Shown piece after piece: positions 22,580 through 33,114 of a DNA stretch of 64,000 bases (position 1 is the stretch's first letter; every line of letters starts with the position of its first letter). Source of the stretch: Squalus acanthias. Its lineage: Eukaryota. Below the pieces are notes generated by a model that saw only the letters and a program-made list of their open reading frames with translations, did not search any database and was not told where the DNA came from. The position numbers were made by a program, and so were the translations under genes. Location of the stretch: contig CM059432.1 of NCBI GenBank assembly GCA_030390025.1, positions 54,376,001-54,440,000 on the forward strand, written 5' to 3'.

Positions 22580-25030
22580 TATGTGTGCATTAGTAGGCAT
22601 TCCCCTTGGAATTCAGCAGGACTGGTGAATGAGCAGAGGCCAAGCAGAGCAGGACAAGCTGTTGGAAGAGGGAGGAGAAGTAGGGGGAGAAGGGCTCTCA
22701 GCAGGAGGCCATATCCTCCCAGGGTGTTCAGGGAGAAATTCTCCTATCTGAACCTCAGTGATGTAAAAGATGAGAGACATCTGCGCTTCAGTAAGGATGT
22801 CCTCACTGAAATCTGCCAGCTGCTGCAACCACAACTGCAACCCCAGAGCAGGGCAAGGACCGCATTGCCAGTGGACATGAAGGTGACCGTGGCGATGAAC
22901 TTTTATGCGTCTGGTTCCTTCCAGGCTGGAGCTGGAGGTATTTGCAACATCTTCCAGTTTGCCATCCACTGTTGCATAAGGGAGTTCACTGAGGATCTTT
23001 ATTCAAAGAAAGCTGACTACATTTCATTCTCTCTTCCCCAGACAAGCAGGCAGAGTGAGCACACGGCTTCACTAGGATTGCAGGCTTCCCCGTGGTGCAG
23101 GGTGCCATTGACTGCACACACATCACTTTGTGGGCACTGCATTCCAACTCTGCCCTGTACCAGAACCAAAAGAGATTCCATTCCCTTAACGTGCGGCTGG
23201 TGTGTGTCCATAGGCAGCGCATCATGCAGGTCAATGCCCGGTATCCTGGAGCAGTCATGATGCCTTCATTCTGCGACAGTCTGCTGTGCCAGCTGCATAT
23301 CAGCAACCAAGGCAAACCAAAGGGTGGCTACTGGGCAACAAGGGCTATCTGCTGATGACATGGCTCATGACTCAGGTGCTCAACCCACGCACACGTGCAC
23401 AGCATGCATACAATGAAAGCCATGCTGCCACATGAAATGTGATAGAGCAGAGCATTAGTGTACTGAAACAATGGCCGCGATTTTGCCGGCGCTCAGAGGG
23501 CAGGTTTGGAGGCGGGTCAGAGGTTAAAGTCGTTTTTTTGACGGCAGGTTCCGCATCCGCCATCATCCCTCCTCCACATAACCTTCCCAAGTGTTGGGTC
23601 CCCGATTTGCGAATGGGCCCGACACTTAGCAGCGGGAAACGGATTAAAGGCAATTAACTACTTATTAACAGGTACTTGTGAGCAGTTTTCAGGGTCTTTT
23701 TCGATTTTCCAGCTTCTGGGTCGAGTTTTACGACATCCGGACAACACGCCAGGTAAGTGTGGTGTGTTGTGAGTCTGGCCTGATGTTTGTGAAAAGCTGA
23801 CAGCTGCAGAAGTGGTGTCAAGGATGCCATGTTGCACATGGTGAGTTTCAGAGCAAAGAAAATGTTGGTTACTGCATTTTTAATACATATATAGATTTCT
23901 TTAGCTTACAAGTTTTTAAATCCAACTGTATGTCCAGTGCCACCTCATTGGGAGAACCTCTCTCACCAGTGACAGATCGCTTCTGTCATCTCACCTGCAG
24001 CTGCCATTTATTCCAGCAACATCAGAGCCAATGAAACAATCAGACCGTGGTCCTCCGAACCCTTCCAACACTTCCCCAATACCAACATCTCCAACCTCAT
24101 CACCAACCTTCGCCGCCATCACCTGATACTGCACTGGACACAGGGCGTCAGCCCCTGACAAAATTGCTGGCCGGGATGGCATCACTATGGCCAGACTTTC
24201 TTCACATGGGCATTGGCTGAACCTCTCAAGTGCACACCCTTGTGTGTTGTTAGTTGGTATGCTTGCAGTAGAATGAGGGTGAATGTGAGGGGTGGCTAGT
24301 GAGATGGGGAAGTGATAAAGTATATAGAGAGGGTTGGGTGGAGGTGCAAGGTAAGTTGGTGTCCTGGGGAGGTCACTTCCGCCCTTGGAAGAGAAGAGAA
24401 CCTCCCTATGTACTGTGACGCCCTCCATAAGCATATGGAGGGAGTCATTGGAGAGTCTGGGTGCAAGAGTTCACCTTTGTGCAGTGATTGTCAGTGTTTT
24501 CAGCACCTCAATGCTGTCAAACACTGAAAAATCAACTATCAAAATAAAATTGTGCATGGTCGCTTTAAGGAAACCGACAGATGACGCGTCATCAAATGAC
24601 GTCATCAGACCCGCTTCCTGTTAATTGGCCGGTGGGCGGGCTTAACAAGGCCAATCAAGGGAAAATCATGTCTGCAGAGCAGAGGCAGCTGGGGGCAGAG
24701 CTGGAACCCGGAAACCAGCTGACCCGCCCCCATCCCGACACCGATGAGAAAATCGCGGCCAATGCTTCTGGTGCCTGGACTGCACTGGAGAAACCTTGCA
24801 GTACTCAGCAGAGCGAGTGTCAAGATTCATGGTGGTCTGCTGCACGCTGCACAACCTCGCTATCATGAGGGCACAGCCCTTGCCACCAGCTACATGGCGA
24901 GCAGCTGAGGAGCAAAAGCATGAGGAGGAGTAGGAAGAAGAGGAGGAAAAAGAGGAAGAGGAAGAGAGGAGGCAACCTAGACAGCTCCTTTCTGCCTGGG
25001 CTGTCCATGAAGAACTCATCCAAGTGCGAT
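22580..25030 (+). pseudogene. Harbinger DDE transposase, disrupted and split by insertion 23473-24760
   Basis: RRPYPPRVFREKFSYLNLSD, ALPVDMKVTVAMNFYASGSFQ, VQGAIDCTHI, FHSLNV, VIEQSISVLKQ|CFWCLD, poly-Glu tail. Confidence 0.88.
23473..24760 (-). mobile_element. Non-autonomous Harbinger derivative (1288 bp) with partial Myb exon
   Basis: Perfect 12-bp TIR GGCCGCGATTTT / AAAATCGCGGCC; TSD AAT at 23470-23472 and 24761-24763; host transposase frame restored on removal. Confidence 0.92.
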
Positions 25031-25254
25031 ACCAGTAACTGCAACCCCAATTCCCCATTTACCAACAGTCTCACACTTTACCTTCCCTCTGTCACTGACC
25101 ATCACAGCATTTGCTTGGTCACAATGCAAAAATAAAAGCCACCACAAAATAAATACTCCAAACCAAATTTATCAACGAAATCATGCCATATTGCACGCAG
25201 AAGTCAACTAATCATCCTTGTGCATTCCCTTAGTGCTTGTCTTCCGTGTTTCTT

Positions 25255-25345
25255 TCTTTTTTATTCGTTCATGGAATGTGGGTGTCACTGGCAAGGCCAG
25301 CATTTTATTTCCCATCCCTAATTGCCCTTGAGAAGGTGGTGGTGT
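25255..25345 (-). mobile_element. Short 3' tail fragment of the LINE family at 33115-36511 (or of its SINE)
   Basis: TTTTTTATTCGTTCATGGAATGTGGG...CCTTGAGAAGGTGGTGGTG matches 33115-33203. Confidence 0.8.
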
Positions 25346-27857
25346 GCCTTTGCCTGTCCTAGTGCTCCTATGCAGTGCTACCCCAGTGGCTGCAGCATGG
25401 CTGGTGGAAGGCTGCTGAATTTCAGTGGAGGAAACTGTAGATGTCCTTGGAGGACGACCTCGAGCAGCTCTGGGCTTAGAAGGCCCGGTTGCGGACTGCA
25501 CCATCTCGGCATGGGTGGCAACAGTCTGGACTGGTTGGCTGACAGGCAACAGCAAGGGCACTGACAGAGTGGCATGGGTGGGAGGACAAATGCTATCTTC
25601 CTGAGAGAGGACAGCAGGTTCATGCTCCGTGGAGCCACTCTCCCTCAGCAACCCTAGTAATCTGTTGGAGGACAGATTGCTGGACTGCTGTGACACCCTG
25701 CAAGCCCCTTTACACACTGTCATCCACAGCCATGATGGCAGCAGTCTGACCTTGCATGACAGCAGTCTGAACTTCCACTGCAGCACTCAGATGTTGGGTG
25801 GCTGCTGTTTGTGCTGCAATGGAAGTTACGACGTCAGCCATCAGACGTTGTAGCCTAGTTGGGTCCGCAAGTGTGCAAAAGGAATTGACCAACACTTCCA
25901 TGCTGGAGTGGATGGGCTCCAAGCTCTGTGCAAAGCCCTGTACCAAGTTGGTGCCAGACTCCTCCATGCTTCTTGACATTTCTGGCAGGCTTCCCAATGC
26001 ACCAAGCATTTCATTGTGCATACCCATCAGCCTTCTGCTGTAGCCTGCCCCATCGAAGTCTTCATCTGAGTACTCTGCACCAGAACTCATGTGCAACCTC
26101 ACCCTTCTGTGAGCTGGCACCTGCGCTAACCTTTTACCCTGCTCTGGCTGCAGGCCACTCGTGCCTGGTATCTCACCACGTTCAGATCCCACCTGTTTGC
26201 TATCCTCTATATTACGCAAAGTTTCAGTATCTGAGCTGGTGGCTGCGAGTGTGAAATCAAGTGATGACGTGTCTTCATCATCATTGTCTTCTTCCTCCAC
26301 TGCCTGGCTAGGTTGCACTTCTTGGGTATCTGAAAAGAAAAAGGCACAAGGTTAAGGTTGTGGTGAGGGGAGGGGAGGGAAGAAAGAGGTGCATGCTTAC
26401 ACCTTGTAAATCAGAAGAGATTGTGGGATGAGGGAGAAGTGGGATGTGAGAAGGAAATTAGGTATGAGGATACCATCATCTTCGATGGCTTCAGCCCCGC
26501 CACTGGCCTCGGCCTCAGCAATGACCATTCCAATAATGGCCAGCACTGTCTCCTCCATGGAGGTTATAACATGCAGGCGTGCCTGTCCCCCTTCGGTTAG
26601 CTCCTGCTGCCTCCGGTTGTGCGCCACCTTGTCCTGCAAGAGAGAGGGAAGTGTGTCAGTGAGTGTGGTGCAATCTGTTTGGGTGATGTGGCTGTCATGA
26701 TTGAATAGTTGGCAGTGTGTGCAAGCTGTGAGATGTGGGTGTGAGGCTTGCAGCAGTGCTAAGTGTGTGAGGGTGAGCTGAAGCTATGAATGTTAGGTAT
26801 GAGTCCTGATTGATAGAGATTGTTGGTCGGTGAGTGATGGGGGTGTGGTGCATAAAGCAGAGGCTGAGGCTAGTGGTACAGTTGGTATGGCATTTGAAGA
26901 TGAATTCACTGACCTTGACCACTCATGTGAGGTCACTGAGCTTCTTGAGGCACTGCATCCATGTCCTCGGGGCTTGACTCCTGGCATTGACCTCGGCGGT
27001 TATCTGCTCCCATTGCCTTCTGAGCGTGTGCCTGGAGGGCCTCCTGGCCCCCTGCAGATACAGGACATCTGAACCAGTCTGGGACCAGGGTCCTAGCAGA
27101 AAGGATAAATAGGGCGGTCAAAATGACTTTAAACTAGTAAATGGGGGAGAGGGCTCAGGTGGAAAATGTAGTACAAATAATAGTTCAAAAACAAACAAAA
27201 GGGAAGAGAGTAGATTAACAGTCAGAAATTGTGCTTTAGGCACCGCATGTCAAGGGAAAACTAAAAGATGTAAAGTGATTAAACCAGGAGAGAGAAATAA
27301 GAAACATGTGAGTAAAATATTCGAGCTGAAGGACAGGCTAGGGTGTGTGGCCCAAATAAGCGTTCTTTTTACAAATGCATGGAGTATAAGGAATGAATTG
27401 AATGAACTGCAGGCACAAATTCAACTTGGAGGGTATGACATGGTAGCCATTACTGAGACATGGCTGCAAGACGGTCAGGACTGGCAACAAAATATACCAG
27501 GTTAGAAGGTCTACAGGAAAGATAGGGAAAATGGTAGAGGGGGAGGAGTAGCCTTAGTGATTAAGGATGATATCACTTCAATAATAAGAGAGGATATAAC
27601 AAGAGCTAAGCAGGTAGTGGAGACTTTATGGGTAGAATTAAGAAATAGCAAAGGATTTAAGACTGTAGTGGGAGTTGTGTATAGGCCCCCTGGTAGCAGC
27701 TGTGAAGAGCTAGATTGTATAAATGCAGGATTAGACAAGAATGTAGCAAAGGCAGAGTGGTTTTAATGGAGGATTTTAACTTTCATATAGATTGGGATAA
27801 GCGGTCAGAAAGGTAGTGAATTTCTTGAGTATGTCTGGGATAGTTTTCTGCAACAAT

Positions 27858-28200
27858 GGCCCGTAATTTCCGATGTCTACAGGTGTGTGCGAGCTGTGTA
27901 CACACCCGTAGGGACCTCGCAAGTGCCGGTTTTAGGCATGCGAAACGCATGCGCTGAAAACCGACATTTCCGATCTGGCAAGAATGCTCTTGACAGATCG
28001 CACGACTGCCCTGGAGAAGGGCCTCTGCGGGTGGAGCGTTCCGCTTTCTGCAGAACCTCCGCCCGCTGAAATCCCTTAAAAATCTTACGCCTGGTAAAAG
28101 CAGGCGTAAGGTCTGCTTTTACCAGCATAAGAGTTTAAAAAAATTAAAAAATAATTTTTTTTCACTCATTTATAATGTAAAAATACTTTAAAAAAAAAGT
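27858..28200. mobile_element. Left portion of a Harbinger-type MITE distantly related to 7648 and 11331
   Basis: Begins GGCCCGTAATTTC after AAT; same order of hairpins and AT-rich tract; right end missing. Confidence 0.7.
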
Positions 28201-28202
28201 AA

Positions 28203-28335
28203 TACAAAAGCAAAATACTGTGGATGCTGGAAATCTGAAATAAAAACAGAAAATGCTGGAAATACTCAGCAGGTCAGGCAGCATTTGTGGAGAGAGAAAC
28301 AAAGTTAACATTTCAGGTCGATGACCCTTCGACGA
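28203..28335 (-). mobile_element. Penelope-type 3' terminal remnant with a broken hammerhead
   Basis: Minus strand GAAGGGTC-ATC-GACCT-GAAA-TGTTAAC...GCTGCCTGACCTGCTGAGTATTTCCAGC: stem II and GAAA present, CUGANGA core lost; related piece at 60175-60257(+). Confidence 0.6.
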
Positions 28336-29910
28336 AGATCATCAAATGATGCCATATGGGTTGAACAGAAGAACAGAAAAGGGGCAATTACAATGCTGGG
28401 AGTGTACTATAGACCGCCAAACAGTCAGGGGGAGATAGAAGAGAAAATATGTAAGTACATTTCTGGGAAGTGCAAAATCAATAGGGCAGTAATAGTAGGG
28501 GATTTCAACTACCCCAACATTAACTGGGATAGAATCAGTATAAAAGGTATAGAGGGTGCAGAATTCTTAAAATGAATTCAGGAGAACTTTTTTAGCCAGT
28601 ATGCAGTAAGCCCAACAAGAGAGGGGGTCGTTCTGGATTTGTTTTAGGGAATGAAGCTGGATAGGTGGAAGGGGTATCAGTGGGAGAGCATTTTGTTGGT
28701 AGTGATCATAATTCAGTTAGATTTAGCATAGTTATGGAAAAGGACAAAGAAAAATCAGGAGTAAAAGTTCTCAATTGGGGAAAGCCCAATTTTACTAAGC
28801 TGAGATGTGATTTAGCAAAAGTGGACTGGAAACAGTTACTTGAAGGTAAATCAGTGTCAGAGCAGTGGGAGGCACTCAAGGAGGAAATAGCGAGGGTTCA
28901 GAGCAAATATGTTCCCACAAAGAAAAAGGGTGGGACTCCCAAATCTAGAGCCTCCTGGATGTCAAGGGGTACACAGGGTAGGATAAGACAAAAAAGAGCA
29001 GCTTATGTCAGTTACCAAGAGATAATTACTGCAGAAAGCCGAGAGGAGTATAGAAAGTGTATGGGTGAAATTAAAAAGGAAATTAGGAAAGCAAAGAGAG
29101 GACATGAAAAAATATTGGCAAGTAAAATCAAGGAAAACCCAAAGATGTTTCATAAATACATTAAGAGCAAGAGGATAACTAAAGAAAAAGTAGGGCCTAT
29201 CAGAGTCCAAAAAGGAATCTTGTGTGTGGAGGCGGAAGACGTGGGCATGGTTCTTAATGAATAATTTGCGTCTGCACAAAAGAGAGGGACGATGCAGACA
29301 TTGTAGTTAAGGAGGAGGAGTGTCAAATATTAGATGAGATAAGCATAGTGTGAGAGGAAGTATTAAGAGGTTTGGCATATTTTAAAGTAGATAAATCACC
29401 AGGCCTGGATGAAATGTATCCTAGGCTGTTAAGAAAGCAAGGGAGGCTCTGCCCATCATTTTCCAATCCTCTCTGGCTACAGGTGTGGTGCCGATGGATT
29501 GGAGGACTGCTAACATTGTACTGTTGTTTAAAAAGGGAGAAAGGGATAGATCGAGTAATTACAGGCCAGTCAGCCTAACCTCGGTGGTGGGCAAATAGTT
29601 GGAAAAAATTCTGAAGTACAGAATTAATTGTCATTTAGAAAGGCACAGATTAATCAAGGACAGTCAGCATGGATTTGTTAAGGGAAGGTTGTGTCTGACT
29701 AACTTGATTGAATTTTTTGAGGAGGTAACAAGGAGGGTTGATGAGGGTGGTACATTCAATGTAGTTTAAATGGATTTTTAGCAAGGCTTTTAGCAAGATC
29801 CCACATGGCAGACTGGTTAGAAAAGTAAAAGCCCATGGGATCTAAGGGAAAGTGACAAGTTGGATCCATAATTGGCTCAGTGGCAGGAAGCAAAAGGTAA
29901 TGGTCGACAG

Positions 29911-32849
29911 AGAAAGGGTTAATTAATAACCTTGTAGTAAAGGGGGCTTTAGGAAAGAATGACCATAATATGATCGAATTTTATATTGAATTTGAAAGTG
30001 ATTTAGTTAAATCCGAAACTAGGGTCTTAAATCTAAACAAAGCAAACTATGTAGGTATGAGGGGCGAGTTTGCTAAGGTAGATTTGGAAACTACATTAAA
30101 AGGTATGACAGTGGACAAGCAATGGCTAGCATTTAAAGAATTAGTACATCATTTACAACAAATATACATTCCTTTAAGGCACAAAAACCCCACAGGAAAA
30201 GTAATCCAACAGTGGCTAACAAGAGAAGTTAAAGATAGTATTAGATCAAAGGAAGAGGCTTATAATGTTGCCAAAAAGAGCAGTAAGCCTGAGGATTGGG
30301 AGGATTTTAGAATTCAGCAACGAAGGACCAAGAAATTGACAAAGAAAGGGAAAATAGAATGTGAGAGTAAACTAGCGAGAGACATAAAACAGACTGTAAA
30401 AGCTTCTATAGGTATATAAAAAGGAAAAGATTAGCGAAAGTAAATGTGGGTCCCTTACAGGCTGAGACAGGACAAATTATAATGGGGAATAAGGAAATGG
30501 CAGAGAAATTAAACAAATTTGTGTCTGTCTTCACGGAAGAAGACGCAAAAAACTTCCCGGAAATATGGAGAACCAAGGGTCTAGCAAGAATGAGGAACTG
30601 AAAGAAATTAGTATTAGTAAAAAAATTGTACTGGAGAAATTAATAGGACTGAAAGCTGATAAACCCCCTGGACCAGATAGCCTACATCCTAGGGTTTTGA
30701 AAGAGATGGCTACTGAGATAGTGGATTGTTGGTGAAAAATTAATTCACTCGAGTCTGTCTCAAAGCAAAAGATCACAGTTTGTTAATCAAAGCGCATTGG
30801 GAGAAGAGTCATAGCCCCCGCGGTCTAGTGACCAGCTTTTCAATTTAATAGTAGCAGCCAAGCTTCTTTATACACTTCAAGAAGCCAGAAAGTACAAACA
30901 TCAGCAGTTATTACATCATGAGTGACCCTTAGTCAGGGTCTCTAAAAACAACCTGATTAGAATCTTACAATGTTAGCGAAACCCATTCTCTAGTTCTGCT
31001 TTTGTCTAATGGTGGTTAGCCATCTGGGCTGCAATGTTTATTCTTGCTCCATCATAGCTTCGGTCAACCTGAGTTGTCTGTTAATGATTGAACACCATTC
31101 GAGGTTAGTTTATTATAGACAACAATGATTCACGTTTTGTTCTGCAATGTCTGCATTATCTATACCGCAGACCAAGCAAGCAGGTTCTTATTTAATTATA
31201 CCCCTGTCTCCATCGGCTTGTGGCCTTCGGGAGATACTTTGACCTTTACTCTAGTCCTTTAAGCAGTTCAACTAACTTTAAGCATTACAACTGATTTGCC
31301 CTTACATTATTACAATTAATTTTACCCTTACATGGATGCATTGGTTGTCATTTTCCAAAATTCCATAGATTCTGGAATGGTTCCCGTGCATTGGAAGGTA
31401 GCAAAAGTAACCCCACTATTTAAGAAAGGACGGAGAGAGAATACGGGGATCTACAGACCAGTTAGCCTAACATCTGTAGTAGGGAAAATGCTAGAATCTA
31501 TTATTAAGGATGTGGTAAAAGGGCACTTAGAAAATTATAATAGGATTGGGCAGAGTCAACACAGATTTATGAAAGGAAAATCGTGTTTGACAAATCTGTT
31601 AGAGTTTTTTGAGGTTGTAACTAGCAGAATAGATAAGGGGGAACCAGTGGATGTGGTGAATTTGGATTTTCAGAAGGCATTTGATAAGGTGCCACACAAG
31701 AGGTTGTTAAACAAAATTAGGGCTCATGGGGTAATATACTAGCATGGATTGAGGATTGGTTAACGGACAGAAAACAGAGAGTAGGAATAAATCAGTCATC
31801 TTTCGGTTGGCAGGCTGTAACTAGTGGTGTACCACAAGGATCAGTGCTTAGGCTTCAGCTATTCACAATCTACATCAATGATTTGGATGAGGGAACCAAA
31901 TGTAATATATCTAAGTTTGCTGATGATACAAAGCTGGGTGGGAATGTAAGTTGTGAGGAGGATGCAAACAGGCTTCAAGGGGATATAGACAGGCTAAGTG
32001 AGTGGGCAAGAACATGGCAAATGGAATATAATGTGGAGAAATGTGAAGTTATCCACTTTGGTAGGAAAAATAGAAAAGCAGAGTATTTTTTAAATGGTGA
32101 GAGATTGGGAAATGTTGGTGTTCAGAGGGACCTGGGTGTCCTTGTACACAAATCACTGAAAGTTAACATGTAGGTACAGCAAGCAATTAGGAAAGCAAAT
32201 GGTATGTTGGCCTTTATTACAAGAGGATTTGAGTATAAGAGTAAAGACGTCTTACTGCAATTATATAGGGACTTGGTGAGACCACACCTGGAGTATTATG
32301 TACAGTTTTAGTCTACTTACCGAAAGAAGGATATACTTGCCATAGAGGGAGTGCAACAAAGGTTCACCAGACTGGTTCCTGGGATGGGGGGATTGCCCTA
32401 TGAGGAGAGATTGAGTAGACTAGGCCTATATTCTCTAGAGTTTCGAAGAATGAGAGGTGATTTCATTGAAACATACAAAATTCTTACAGGGTTGACAGGG
32501 TAGATGCAGGGAGGATGTTTCCCCTGGCTGGGGAGTCTAGAACCGGGGTCACAGTCTCAGAATAAGGGGTCAGCCATTTAGGACTGAGATGAGGAGAATT
32601 TTCTTCACTCAGAGGGTGGTGATACTTTGGAATTCTCTACCCCAGAGGTCTGTGGAGACTCAGTCGTTGAGTATATTCAAGGTAGAGATCGATAGATTTT
32701 TGAGGGTTAAGGGAATCAAGGGATCTGGGGATAGTGCAGGAAAGTGGAAATGAGGTAGAAGATCAGCCATGGTCTTATTGAATGGTGGAGCAGGCTCGAA
32801 GGGCCAAATGGCCTACTCCTGCTCCTATTTCTCATGTTCTTATGTTCTT
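29911..32849 (+). mobile_element. Nested CR1 LINE, 5'-truncated, containing a solo LTR
   Basis: ORFs 29970..30419, 31332..31742, 31844..32173; host resumes GACAGA|TGTTTTTGTGACTGG. Confidence 0.88.
30727..31332 (-). mobile_element. Solo LTR (606 bp)
   Basis: TG...CA termini with imperfect terminal IR (TGTTGGTGAAAAATTAATT / AATTAATTTTACCCTTACA); 5-bp TSD TGGAT at 30722-30726 and 31333-31337; orientation tentative, from TATAAGAAG on minus. Confidence 0.8.
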
Positions 32850-33114
32850 AGATGTTTTTGTGACTGGAAAGCTGTTACCAGTGGGGTTATGCAGGGCTCA
32901 GTACTATGTCTCTTGCTTTTTGTGGCATACATCAATGATTTAGACTTCAATGTAGGGGGCATGATTAAGAAGTTTGCAGATGATACAAAAATTGGCCATG
33001 TGGTTGATAGTGAGGAAGAAAGCTGCAGACTGGAGGAAGATATCAATGGACTGGTCCGGTGCGCAGAAAAGTGTCAGATGGAATTCAATCCGGAGAAGTG
33101 TGAGGTAATGCATT

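Noticed and set aside
28300..28335. Functional hammerhead in the second Penelope-type remnant
   Set aside because: Stem II and GAAA are present but the CUGANGA core is missing
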